Below, in pieces: positions 13,781-27,222 of a DNA stretch of 64,000 nucleotides; positions within the stretch are counted from its first letter, which is position 1; each line of letters opens with the position of its first letter. A program made the translations under genes and the position numbers. The notes beneath the pieces were generated by a model, which was not told the origin of the DNA, did not search any database, and saw only the letters and a program-made list of their open reading frames with translations. The DNA comes from Octopus vulgaris (taxonomy: Eukaryota): positions 17,546,001-17,610,000 of the forward strand of contig OX597828.1 in the NCBI GenBank assembly GCA_951406725.2, in the 5' to 3' direction.

Positions 13781-13857
13781 ATTCCTGAGGATGGGGACAT
13801 GTAAATATAAAGGTTTCATACCTGCTGACTAATGGATTCCAGAAACGGCCATCTAAT
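13781..13857 (+). ncRNA. degenerate hammerhead ribozyme motif
   Basis: attc-CTGAGGA-tgggg...ttcca-GAAA-cggcca-TC-taat. Stem III is near-palindromic (ACGGCC[G>A]T). Confidence 0.5.
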
Positions 13858-14257
13858 TACCTCATATTGACGTTATAACACTCTATAAAGCATTTCTTTG
13901 GATCTCCTCTAAACTTGTAAATCCATAATTAGGATTTCCCACTACTACGGATGTAGTTTAAAAAATTTAATCTTTATTTCAACGTCTTTTAACCTTAAAA
14001 TTTAATTTAATGTGATTTTAATCGATATATCAACATTTGCTTATTTACCCTTTTCATGTACATTTTTACCACATATTTCCCTTATTTCATTAGCTTTTAT
14101 TTATTTCTAAATAATATGTAAATATATTCCTTGCCTTGTAGTTTTATGTTATATCTATAGATGTATTTATGTATTTATCATGATGATGTAAATCATAGAT
14201 ATATATGATTATCTAAATTTTTGTCTCTTCTTATACCATATAATATATATATTTTTT

Positions 14258-14672
14258 TACTTATTTCAGACATTTGAATACGGCCATGTAGGAGCACTGC
14301 CTTTTTAGTCGAATAAATCGATCCCAGGACTTATTCTTTGTAAGGCTAGTATTTATTCTATCGGACTCCTTTGCCGAATCAGTAAGTTGTAAGTTGTGGG
14401 GACGTAAAACGTACCAACATCGGTTGTCAAGCGTTGGTGGGGGACGATCACAGACACACAAATACATATATGTACGTGTGTGTATGTGTGCGTGAGTGTG
14501 TGTGTATGTGTGTGTGTATGTGTGTGTGACAGGCTTCTTTCACTTTCCGTCTACCAAATCCACTGATAGGGCTGCAGTCGGCCCGAGCTTATAGTAGAAA
14601 ATAATTGCCCAAGGTGCCACGCAGTGGGACTGAATCCGGAACCATGTGGTTCCGATGCAAACTTCTTACCAC
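14258..14672 (-). mobile_element. SINE family A
   Basis: Similarity to 30752-31140 along its full length. Confidence 0.85.
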
Positions 14673-14704
14673 ACACACACACTTGCAAACACACACACAC
14701 ATAT

Positions 14705-14764
<60 letters not shown>

Positions 14765-14767
14765 CTT

Positions 14768-15819
14768 TTTATTAAAGCTGCATGATCATCATACATCTGT
14801 TACTCAGAGTTTCACGTTTTCGTTTGACGGACAGTTGTGATCAAGGGTGGAATAAAATTATGTTGCTAAATGTAATATATGATTTGTCATAATTCAATGT
14901 GATACATAAGCTTTCGAATTTGATTCGATAACTTATTTTCAGAACATAAACGATGGACGGGTTGGGGCGTGTATAAATTCAACAGTAAGATATAAATATT
15001 ATATAATATCGAAACAACCTTGAGTGAAGAAGGGAGTAATGCATGTCCAGAAGGGATTAATTAATAATTATTAATCATTAATTGTTAATTATTAATAGAG
15101 GCATAAGTTTGCTTTTATAAATTTTATAAATCATGGATGAAGTTCCTAGGTTGAAAAATTTAATAACGTGTGTATGATACATATGTACGCATACATACAA
15201 ATATCTAAATTTTTGACTATATACACACGCCCAAAATACATACACACACACAAACATACACACAAACACCTACATATGCATACATATATATAAACTTATG
15301 CACATATATATATGTATATATATGCATACATATATATAAACGTATATACGAATACACACCTATGTGCGTATTCGTGTACATATATGCATATGTGTGTATG
15401 TTTATATGTATGTGTGTGAGAGTGTGCGCATGTGTATTTCAATCCATGGTTTTTAAATTTATAACAACAAACTTACGCCTCTATTAATTATTAATTATTC
15501 TCTAATTCCTTCTGGACATGTACTTCTCCTTTCTTCACTAAAGGTTTTTTTCGATATTATTTAATATAATATATTTATATTTTACTGTTTCATTCGTACA
15601 CCACCAACCCGCCTAACCGTTAGCGAATACAACACCGTTTAGGGTTTGCAAATAAATTACCCAATCAAGTCCAAATGATTATTCAGCATATTTGATTCTA
15701 TGAAATCATATATTACATACACCATCACAATTTTATTCCGCTCCTAATCACAACAGTCCGTCAAACGGAACCGTGAAACACTGAGTCACAGATTTGTGAT
15801 ATTTTTGCAGCTTTAATAA
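14768..15819. repeat. large inverted repeat (arms about 14768-15140 and 15440-15819), each arm with a hammerhead-like fold
   Basis: TTATTAAAGCTGCA...GTTACTCAGAGTTTCACG...GACGGACAGTTGTGAT aligns to the reverse complement of 15721-15819. Similarity continues inward to ATCATGGAT/ATCCATGGT. Confidence 0.85.
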
Positions 15820-15882
15820 GTCATATTATTTTCCCATCGCTAATTGAATACAGTCTTTTCTCGACCTTGTCTAACTCTTATA

Positions 15883-16015
<133 letters not shown>

Positions 16016-16198
16016 GTGGAATAAAAAATTCCAAACTGTTAATATTATCGATTTAAATATGTAGCCACGAAACGCGCGTAGTCGATAAAATGTTTATTCA
16101 ATGTAGTGAATTTTAGAATTCTATATGATTTTTTATAGATAATATCTTTCACTATTAATTGAATTACTTAATAGAGGCTTTGTCTTTTAATTATACAT

Positions 16199-16267
<69 letters not shown>

Positions 16268-16399
16268 CAGACATATTTATATATATTGATTAAAACAGTA
16301 AGATAACAAAAGAAAGAAAGAGACCTCGATATTATGTAAATAGAGGAATTTATATGTAAATGTCACATATTACATTTACAGATATATAGCGTTCGTAAT

Positions 16400-16780
16400 A
16401 TTTTATCTCGTTCGGCTTAACAGCCCTTCTTGTCTGTGTTACTGTTATTCTCCTTGTCCTGTCTTATACTGTTTATATTTTGCACTGTCGTTACTGTCCT
16501 GTTTTTGTTACCATTTTTACCTCTCCGCAAAAAAATCTCAAATTTTATTTAATTTGCTTTTCGCGGGAAGGAATGTTTCAGTGGAAGTTGCGTCTTGCCT
16601 TCACCTTCGAAACGCAGAGTAGATGAAACCATGGCGACTGAAGAAGGGGAATTTTCCTTGTGTTATTTGTCCTGTACCCTATTTTTTCGTTGTTTAAGAT
16701 AAATATCCAATTCCTTGGTTTTGAGTTTATATTTTCGTTTCTCATTGTGTTCGACGTTTTTTTGGTGTCCTGTACCCATA
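16400..16780 (+). repeat. interspersed repeat (second copy 58480-58835), probably PLE-terminal
   Basis: Shared CTCCGCA.AAAA..C.CAAATT.TATTTAATTTGCTTT...GTAGATGAAAC...ACTGAAGAAGGGGAAT...TTTCGTTTCTCATTGTGTTC.ACGTTTTTT. Confidence 0.8.
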
Positions 16781-16785
16781 TATGC

Positions 16786-16822
<37 letters not shown>

Positions 16823-16959
16823 GATGTAGGTACGTATATATATGTATGTATATATGCATATGTTTTATTCATTAATTTGTTATTTATATATATATATGTG
16901 TGTGTATGTGTGTGTGTGTGTGTGTGTGCGTGTGCTTGTGTGTGGGTGTGCATTCTTTT

Positions 16960-17345
16960 CCAGTTTTCGATTTGACTTATCTCCTTCTAATCATACACAT
17001 CTCTCCTCGTTCCATCTGCCCATTAATATTACAAACACATTCCAAAATTTTGTTTCACACGACAAAAAACCCTCGATCGAACAAAACTATTTACAAGGCT
17101 CTATGCTTGGAATGACCAAATATAACTACCACTGGAACTCACACACAGGGTACAGGAAACATATTCACAACAATGGAACTGCAAATACAATGTCCTTATG
17201 TATCTCACTTCTATTTTCATTCTCTTACTTCCTCTACACTTCATATGTTCTCTACAATAATTAATACTCAAACATTTTCTCGCACCGTCTCTGATGAAGG
17301 GATATATAAAATATGTCGGAAACAGCTGTAAGGCCTTTTCTTTAC
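16960..17345 (+). mobile_element. PLE-like 3' end with hammerhead
   Basis: Non-repetitive, weakly ORF-like stretch ending in an intact hammerhead core at 17287-17334. Confidence 0.5.
17287..17334 (+). ncRNA. minimal type I hammerhead ribozyme
   Basis: gtct-CTGATGA-agg[gatatat aaa atatgtc]g-GAAA-cagctg-TA-aggc. The core is intact, stem III is palindromic (ACAGCUGU) and the cleavage triplet is GUA. Confidence 0.75.
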
Positions 17346-17936
17346 CGATAGGGATAGAGATAGAGTGAGAGATGGGAATGGAGAGAAAGATATAGAAAAA
17401 CAGAGAGAGACAGAGAAGAACTTGTTCTAATATTTGACTGGTAATTATTTTATCGAACCCGGTAGGATTTGAAATGATCACAAATTTGGAAGAAATACCA
17501 CAAAGTGCTATATTGAAGGCTGTAATAATTGTATCAATCTTTAATGAAATGATACAAAGTCGGAGAACAGGAAGAGTATTAACAGTGTCGGACAAAATGG
17601 CTTGTGATGTTTGTACCGGCATTACGATTACGACCTGAGTTAAAATTCAGTCATCAACCTCACCTTCGATCCATATGGTGGCGGAAAATGAAAATATATA
17701 TGGAGGACCGTAGATTTACCAAAATTTTAGAACGTCTGACAAAATGTTTTATGGTATCAATTTTGGTTCTGTACATTCTGGTTTCAATTCCCGCCGAAGT
17801 CAGTGTTGTCTTTTAATACTGCAGAGTCAACAAGAATTATGTTAACCAATCCTTCACAATGACTTATTTCATTCTTCCAGATGCGATTATATATATTAAG
17901 CACTCCAGGGTGGACTGTTGACAATAACGGTAATCA

Positions 17937-18155
17937 GTGAAAGCGACGAACCGGCAGAATTGTTACGCGCCAGAAAATATGCTTAGAATTATTTCGTCCG
18001 TCTTCACGTTCAGAGTTCAAATGCCGCTGGGGTCGACTTGGCCCTTCATTCTTCGGGATCGATAGAATAAGAACCAGTTGTACACTGGTGTCGATGTAAT
18101 CGACTCACTACCGCTCCCGAAATTGGCAGCCTTGTGCCAAAATTTAAAACCAATA
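17937..18155 (+). mobile_element. SINE family B (Nin/Deu-like domain)
   Basis: GTTCA.AGTTCAAAT.CCGC.G.GGTCGACTT.GCC.TTCAT.CTTCGGG.TCGATA, matching 22603-22945. Confidence 0.8.
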
Positions 18156-18540
18156 TTGGTAAACAATCAAAATATAGTGTAGTATCTCTTCTTACCTTTA
18201 TTCGAGTTTTGAAGAGTTCTGGCGAATGTTTTTGTAAATAGCCGACAAGATATTGGTTGTTTTGTGAAAACTACTTGAAGGAATATGACAGGAAAATAAC
18301 TTTCGTAAGCTTCCAAGAAAATGCTAAGATAAATGCATATTGTGGTCGAAATTACTATAGTCCATCTTTGCAAGACTGTAATAAGGCGTTGAATTGCAAT
18401 ACGCAGTATGATTCTACACAATAGTGAATTACCTTAAACTGCACAAGGGGATATTACACTAGTTTTTTCAGAAATACTTCAAACTACATACAAAACAACA
18501 CGCTTTCTTACCGAATTACTAATTCCACCAAGATATTCTC

Positions 18541-18858
18541 ATACTTGTCTCAGTCATTTGACTCTGACTATGCTGGAGCACCGCCTTTAGTCGAGCAAAT
18601 CGACCCCAGGACTTATTATTTGCAAGCCTAGTACTTATTCTATCGGCCTCTTGCCGAACCGCTGAATTACGAAGACATAAACACACCAACATTCGGTTGT
18701 GGGAGAGAAACAAAGACACACAAATATATATATACATACATACATACATACGTACGTACATGCATAATACATACATATATATATATATATACATACATAC
18801 ATACTTACATATACATACATATATATATATACATATATATATATACATATATATATAT

Positions 18859-18908
<50 letters not shown>

Positions 18909-18913
18909 TATAC

Positions 18914-18986
<73 letters not shown>

Positions 18987-19168
18987 TACATAAATATACA
19001 TATATATATATATATACGACGGGCTTCTTTCAGTTTCCGTACTCATAAAGCTTCGGTTTTCCCGAAGCTATAGTAGAAGACACTTGCCTAAGACGACACG
19101 GAGTGGCACTGAACATAGAACGATGAGGTTGGGAAGCAAGCTTCTTACCACATAGCCACGCCTGCGCC
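18541..19168 (-). mobile_element. SINE family A with about 300 bp expanded internal (TA/CA) microsatellite
   Basis: Both SINE halves flank 18720-19015. Confidence 0.85.
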
Positions 19169-19714
19169 GATATACTGCATAGAAAAGAAAGTCTTTTGTC
19201 GCGAGGTTTAACTCTGTATCTGACCCTAGAATATTTTTGTTGTCTAAGATTTGTTTTACAGATCAGCAATTGCTACTGTAGGTCTTTCCAATCCACTTCC
19301 TCGATGTCGTACAAGTAAAAGCAAAGGGCTGTTTTTCTTCAATTGACCATTCTAGAGTAGTACTACATTTTGTCTAGAATGTAGCCAAAAGGAAAAAAAA
19401 AATAGCGCAAGTATAAAAAAATATAGAAATCGGCCTGTGTAAGATTTGAAACCAGAGTGTAAAGAGACGGAATGTATTTACCTGAACAACTTATCCGTTC
19501 TGTCCATGAACCACCCGCGTTGCATAATATAACTGAAAACAATAGAGTTACAAAATGCTGTAAAGAAATGCCAAGCAAAACAATGCATGACTCTGAGAAG
19601 ATGATTATGCAAGCGCAGTGCAACACGCTACCATATAATGCACTGTACTGCATTCTAAACATAACAACAACTGTAAAACATGTGCAGCATTTATGCACTA
19701 TATCACATACTATT

Positions 19715-19720
19715 TCAGTT
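19715..19720 (+). promoter_or_regulatory. candidate initiator (TCAGTT) upstream of putative first exon
   Basis: Inr-like hexamer followed by a CT-rich and CAG-repeat leader about 460 nt upstream of the ATG at 20182. A motif this short can occur by chance. Confidence 0.2.
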
Positions 19721-20181
19721 CTCTCTTTCACACGCTCTCGCTCTCTCTTTCTTTCTTTCTTTCTGGTTCTATCTCTCTCTATCTCTTTCAATTTATACAT
19801 GTCATACATAAAATTAAAAAATAAAATTTTGCAGCAACAACGGCAGCTGCAGCGGAGCAAGAACTGCAGCATCTACAAGATTAGAAAGCAGCAGCAGCAG
19901 CAGCAGTAGCAGCAGCAGCAACAACAACGACAACAACAATCGCACTAAGAAAAAAAAAAAGCTGTAAGCGATAGAACTAAGTACAGCAACGCAATATCCA
20001 ACATTAGCATCAAACCAACATCACGATTGACACACTAAAAGAAGAGCTGTGGCGGCCATTGCAAGAAATGGCGGAGGCGGCAATAATACTAGTAGTAGTA
20101 TTAGTAGTTGTGGTGGTGGTGGCGGTGGTTGTGAAGTAGGTGGAGTTGATGGTGGCTGACTTCAACGGTATTTAACGCACA

Positions 20182-20419
20182 ATGGTCCATGCAATGTATC
20201 TCTCCGTGGTCGGCAGTGTTTGTATGCAACGCTTCAAGCATCCACTTAATCCTTCACTTTTCAATAAAATCATATTTAGTAATAACAACAACAACAATAT
20301 TAACAATAATAGTAGTAGTAGTAGAAGTAGTAGTAGTAGTAGTAGTAAATTTTCAATAATCTTTCCTTTCTGTTTCACACATCTTTATTGCTTTTGTATT
20401 TATGTTGGAATTTTGTTTG
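20182..20419 (+). CDS. candidate first coding exon of a secreted/membrane protein (unidentified)
   Basis: Strong start context acaATGg with an in-frame upstream stop. 79 codons end in hydrophobic FSIIFPFCFTHLYCFCIYVGILF, followed by a consensus donor TG|GTGAGT in phase 1. The surrounding 1.4 kb is free of transposons. Confidence 0.4.
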
Positions 20420-20752
20420 GTGAGTTCAGTTTTTGCTGTTGCTGTACTTGTTGTTGTTGTTGTTGTTGTTTCTCGAAAAGGAGGGAGGGAGGGTGCTGGC
20501 AGGGATTTTTTTTTGCATCTCCTTTTGTTTTCTTTGTTTTGACGTTATTTTTCTTTTTTTTTTGGTTTTGGTTTTGAAATCGGTTAAATCTGAATTTAAT
20601 TTGAATGTGCCATTATAATTGCTCACAGTTTCCGGTTGGTGCCATCTCAGATATGAGCTATTAATGCTTCTTCTCACTTTATTGATTCTAATTTCCTTCT
20701 CTTACAATCCTTTTCTCCTTCTTCTTCCCTTTCTCCTACGCCTTCACCCCTT

Positions 20753-20800
<48 letters not shown>

Positions 20801-20805
20801 TATAC

Positions 20806-20904
<99 letters not shown>

Positions 20905-21660
20905 TGTATGTATGTATAGCTATCTCTGAGATTCACTCGTAGACTTACCCTATATACATACATATCTATGCAGATTCAAATGGATTATGAATGTACATAC
21001 ATACATACATATGTAAACATACATATATATTTGCATGTATGCATACAGCTATGAATATATTAGGATATACATATACATAGCTATTTATGCACAGATATGT
21101 ATACATATATATATATATATATATATGTATACATACTTACATACAGAGAAACAGACACACACATACATACATGCAAATATACATATATACACACAGATAG
21201 ATACATACATACGTACATACATACATACATACATACATTATAACAACCCAGATCCTTCTCACTTTAAGATTCTTTTGTGCTTTTATCAGTCTCATGAAAG
21301 GCTTAAAGAAATGCAACAATGACGATTCAGTATTCAATTGTTGTTATTAATGTTGTTCCACATTTCTCATTTTTCTCCCTGTATAACATATATTTCTCAG
21401 CCTGACTTTCACTTTCACTTTCTCTTTCAGTCTCTCTCACTTGAGCTGTCTTTCGCTATTGTTTACTCTCCTGCTTTCGATCATTACCAGTTGTCAGTGG
21501 CTTCCTCCATCATTTAACTTTCGTATCTGCGGAACATCACAGACAAGGCCACTCCTCTTGTAGCTAACTCTGATTAGAAGAATGAATGTCGAATATCTAT
21601 TTCTTCAAACTTTTGATCTTCGAATATTTTTTCAAAGAGTTAATGGTCTCCATAGACCAG

Positions 21661-21735
<75 letters not shown>

Positions 21736-21736
21736 G

Positions 21737-21777
<41 letters not shown>

Positions 21778-21867
21778 CATATTTATATAAATATAATATA
21801 TATATATTCACATATATATATACATATATACACACATATATGTATACATGTATAGGTATCTATCTAT

Positions 21868-21904
<37 letters not shown>

Positions 21905-22194
21905 TATTTATACATATACATGCATATCTTTATATCTATATCCATATTTATCTATCTATATCTATCTGTCCCTCTCTATATATATATGTATGTGTGTTTG
22001 TATAAATGAGAGAGAGAAATTCCTATGTAATGATGTGGTGTAAAGACAAAAGCCATCAAAAGGAAAAAACACGAATAAAATATTTAAGCAATATGCTATT
22101 AGTTTAACGCTTCTGTTGGGAAGACATAGTATCTTAACGTTTCGGAGATTAATCATTCATCTTAGAAGACGTGAAAGGTTTAGTAACAATGGCG

Positions 22195-22251
<57 letters not shown>

Positions 22252-22253
<2 letters not shown>

Positions 22254-22469
22254 ACGTGGTGCTGAAAAGTAACTAAATAGGGTAATAGAAAATAGAGGAA
22301 GGTCATTTAATTATCATTTTATTCAACATATTCCCCTCTCAGATTTCACACTCTTTTTGCTGCGGTCCTTCAGTTTTTCTAAACCCTTTACAAGAGCTCG
22401 GTAGGTTGGGCCTCCGACCAGGCCTTTCACAACATCCTTATAGCCAGGAACTTTTCAGGTCCTTCATCG
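22252..22469 (-). mobile_element. mariner-derived MITE (same family as 32-240)
   Basis: TTATTCAACATATTC.CCTCTCAGATT...TTCAGTTTTTCT...AGCCAGGAACTTTTC is the reverse complement of 32-240. TA flanks are present. Confidence 0.75.
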
Positions 22470-22602
22470 TATGAATGTGTGTGGGAGTGTCTGTGTGTGT
22501 GTTTGTGTGAATTTTATTTTATCCGCAGAAAGATAAAAAAATATGTATTTACACTCGTGTTTTGAGTTATATTCCCTCTCCACATTCTACCGAGCATACA
22601 AA

Positions 22603-22945
22603 GACGGCAGAAACGTTAGCACGCCGGGCGAAATGCTTAGCGGTATTTCGTCTGCCGTTACGTTCTGAGTTCAATTCGGGTCGATAAATTAAGTACGAGT
22701 TACGCACTTTAGTCGATGTAATCGATTTAATCCGTTTGTCCTCTCTGTGTTTAGCCCCTTGTGGGTAGTAAAGAAATAGGTATTTTGTCTGTCTTCACGT
22801 TCTGAGTTCAAATTTCGCCGACGTCGACTTTGCCTCTTAGCGTTTCGGGGTCGATAAATTATGTATCAGTTGCGTATTGAGGTCGATGCAATCGACTGGA
22901 CCCTTTCCACAAAAAGTTCGGGTCTTGTATCTAGAGTAGAAAATA
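22603..22945 (+). mobile_element. SINE family B with internal duplication
   Basis: tRNA-like head GGCAGAAACGTTAGCACGCCGGGCGAAATGC. The GGTATTT.GTCTG...GTTCTGAGTTCAA...GGGTCGATAAATT unit occurs twice. Confidence 0.85.
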
Positions 22946-23267
22946 TTCTACCGAGCATACACACACACAAACAGGATTTATAGACTTCGGGAAAACGTAA
23001 ATAATTCATTATTTTTTTTCGAACGTTGAAACTCGAAGCAGATAAAGCTAAAAGATAACAGCGTGTAAAATGGATGAAAAATGAATAGGGAAATTGAAAG
23101 GCATACAGAAATTCAATAATAGAACGTCTGTAATGTTGACAGAGTGTGTGGGTTCGAGTCTCAGGAGCAGTCTGCGACCGTTTTATCCAAAGAGTTTTTT
23201 CAACGCAGTATTCACACGCTATTATTTATAGCTTTATCTGCTACGAGTGTTGCTGTTTCAAAAAGTG

Positions 23268-23361
<94 letters not shown>

Positions 23362-23406
23362 AATACACATCTCAATGACTTCGAAAATTCGTTTCACAAA
23401 TCAGAT

Positions 23407-23437
<31 letters not shown>

Positions 23438-23702
23438 CACAAGCAATCGCATTGCTTCGGTATTTTATTCCATAGAAAGAAAGGCAAGGTAGGATCTTGA
23501 ACTCAGGTTGCAGAAAATCGTAAACAAACATAGCGTCGCATTCAATCCGAACTCTCTAACAACTGAGCCAGTTCGACGTCTTGAATGTTGGATGGTAAAT
23601 TGGTTAATGTAATGTACATCGTCTAAAACGAATGGATTATCATCAGTGGATTGAATTTTGATCATCTGTTATGTCAAGGATGATGACCTAGGGAATAGCT
23701 CT

Positions 23703-23723
23703 TACTACTACTACTGCCACCAA

Positions 23724-23793
<70 letters not shown>

Positions 23794-23963
23794 GTTGCTA
23801 TTAATACTGCTGCAAAAACAACTACTGCTTAAGCAACTACTGATGATCCTACTACTAATACTGCTGCTGCTGCTGCTGGTGCTATTGCTACTACTACTAT
23901 TACTACTACTACTAATACTACTACAACTACAGCAACTACTACTACTACTACTACTACTACTTT

Positions 23964-24004
<41 letters not shown>

Positions 24005-24215
24005 AAATAAGAACAACTACTAAAACTACCACCACCATCACCAATACCACCACCTTCACCAATACCACCACCACCATCACCACCACCACTACTACTAATA
24101 CTACTACTACTACTACTAATATTGATATTGCTGCTGCAGGAGGGCTTCTACTAATAATAATAACACCTACTATTACTACTAAAACTACTACGACTGCTAC
24201 TACTATTATTATTAT

Positions 24216-24249
<34 letters not shown>

Positions 24250-24295
24250 GCTTCTGCTGCTGCTGCTGCTGCTGCCACTACTATTACTACTTCGT
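23703..24295. repeat. (TAC)n/(CAC)n/(TGC)n compound microsatellite
   Basis: Direct inspection. Confidence 0.95.
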
Positions 24296-26240
24296 ACTAC
24301 AGAACAATAAAACCCTTAACCCTTTTCATACCAACACGTCTGAGACAGCTTCTGCTTCACTTATTCATCAGCTACCGTTTCGACTTATTCATACGCAAAT
24401 TTAAAAACCTTCTGACATAATTTTATGCAAGAATCTTTCTATCACTTATGTTCTAACAGATTAAAAATATAAAAATATGGTTATTTTCCAAAATCCCTTC
24501 AAATTCTTGACGTTTTTCAAAATCAATTCAATACATATAGTCAATGTATTTCAATAGAATCACAAAAGAGTTGAATTGAAAGTTGCATAAGTTAATGGTT
24601 GATCGGGTGTTGCAGACAACCAGCGAACGGATTCAGCAGCTAATCAATTTTATATATATAATGAATGGCATCACGCAGTATCATTGATAAAGCTAATGAA
24701 ATGTACAAATAAATGTCTTTAGGAAGGTAGAGCATATAAAATAAAGGAGCTTAATATATAATTTTTGAAAGGGAATCAGAATCTGAAAATGTTAGCGATA
24801 GTGTAATGATAGTTAATGACCATGAATTGGCAAAGACAGGAAACCTCTTTGGTACCCCTTTTACACAAATGAGTTTCTAGTTACCGGAATGAATCAAGTG
24901 AACTTGTGTCTTAGATTTGGTAGCACCTTCCATAAGATACGACAAGCATTATACGTCTTTCCATGTGATATGTTAAACCTCACCACGCAGAAATAAAAGG
25001 AATATATTGACATTGAAACATTTGTTTTGGTTTTGAATATTTCTAGCTCAAATACCAAATTCATCTTTTCCTTTCAGCTTCTGGTTGTAGAGAAATAAAA
25101 TACTAGCCCTTGGCAGTGAAATGTTGTAACTGCTACAAAATTGCATGCGTTGCCTTGAGGTAATTCTGGCTTTGAGCCTTTTGACTTCATTAAACTGAAA
25201 ACTTTCACACTTCCAAAAATAATGCGAAATCTCTCTACACAAAATTCGACCAGTATCTCTCCCATTTTCATATGGATTCCCCTTCAGTTCGAAACTGAAT
25301 TTAGAGAAACATGATAATGGTTCCGAGGAATAGGTCAGAAGCGTACTGAAAATGGGGGGGGGGGCGAATGTAATACATGCTCAGACTTTGCCAAGGCATA
25401 TTCCATAACTGATTCCAATCAGCTGACAGATTGGTTCTCAAAAATGATTTCACTAATTTATTTCCTAGTTTATATCGTTTTGCTAGAGATTGATCAATAT
25501 GAACATTCACTATCAAGAATCGGCCGGATTTGAAATACGCGTGCCACACAAAAACCTGTCTTCAAACTAAAGCATATTTGCCATGAGCCCGAAGAAGCAT
25601 ATCTAGTGTCTTTGTAGCTGGATATCATGCAGTGTTTGATCCAGAAACGTTCGGTTCAATTTGTCATCAATTATAAATAAAAAACCCAGACCATTCTGAG
25701 ACAACGTTACAAAATGTAATGCCTTGAAACGGGTAGACAGCACGTTTATCCATTTCTAGACTCACTCTATGACATAAAATCTGCTTGGAGACTGTCTCAG
25801 TAGACGGTTTGAAGTCTAGCTTTAGACTGACACTGAAGGTTAGCTACCGATGATCACCAATTGCACCGGTATTTCCGTTGACCAGTGCAATCAGAGTACT
25901 TACTGTCTGGAAACTATTCGATTAAAGTTCGTAGATTTTGTGCGTCGGGTATAGAATGTAAAATAATATTCTAAGCCTTTGATATATCAAGCAGTTGTTA
26001 GTGAAACGCTTCCGCCAGTAAACCAGGTGTCCAATGTTATTCTCTTCTATTCATACTTGGATCATTTCACCGCGTTCATTGAAACTACGTTCTGACTTCA
26101 GCATACAGAGTATCGTTTATAAATCTATCTTGATTATCAGATGATGTTCTAAAACCAGAACACACCCACATAAACGCACGTGCACGCACACACACACTCA
26201 CACACACACGCACACACACGCTCACACCCACACACACACG

Positions 26241-26282
<42 letters not shown>

Positions 26283-27222
26283 TACATACACAAACAAGTA
26301 GGTAAAATAACAAAGGGAATAATAATAAAAATAATAATAATAAAGTGAAACAAAACAATCGTATGTTTTCGTAGTTTGCTGATCAGAAAGTAATATATAC
26401 GTATAGTCTTTTGGCGTCAGCCAGTCTTACAATATGTATGTAAATAGATGTATTTAATAAATAATTCATTATTCTAACACGATGGATTATAGAAATAATT
26501 ATTAAGGGATTTGAGATATCATTATTTTAGCACTACAAAGGGCGGTATATTGTAAAATCTATAAAGCATCTAAAGAAAAAAAAAAGGAAACGTCAGATGC
26601 ATTAGGTTTTGAGTTTTGATTTCAAATCGCGCCGATGTCGATATGTTTGAATATTGTTTAGTTTAGGTCAATAAAATAAATACACGTGAAATACTTTAAT
26701 CGATTTCATTAACTTTTCTCTCACATCCGGAATTAATTTATAGTATATTACATTATTTAATTAATATTTTCGCTTGTAATACAGGACGGACCATCATAAA
26801 TATGTATCTATTCAGGATTGGTTTTGTTTTTAACTCCAATAACTTCATGCAAGAAGCCAGTCTGTTGGGAAAGTTCCATGGTTATTTCTGAGGGGCTGTG
26901 CTTTTGATAGATTAACTTTAAACAAGGGGCACTATCTATTCCCTGCAATGAATTACACGGCTTTCAAATCCGAGGATTACGAATATTTAGCAAAATTAAA
27001 TACCTATCATCTGCAGATATAACGCGCCATACCCTAGACAGATGAACTGGTAATGTAGTTATTACATGTGTCTGTGGTGACTTGCAAGACAAGAATGCCA
27101 TTAAAAGGATCAACCCGTACATATACGTGCACATACACAGAATGATGAGGTACCAGTAGTCTGTGTCAACTCAATCATCATTTAGAAATATCTCCTTGTG
27201 AACATAGATAAATGTTTATATA

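Noticed and set aside
19990-20260. Minus-strand frames (RIKWMLEALHT...HHHHNY*; Thr-rich GPI-like tail)
   Set aside because: There is no convincing splice acceptor and the frames are short; the plus-strand exon model has better signals.
24700-26100. Possible ancient LINE (GRFLIVNV, KGVPK fragments on the minus strand)
   Set aside because: Only isolated short motif resemblances; this needs a translated HMM search.
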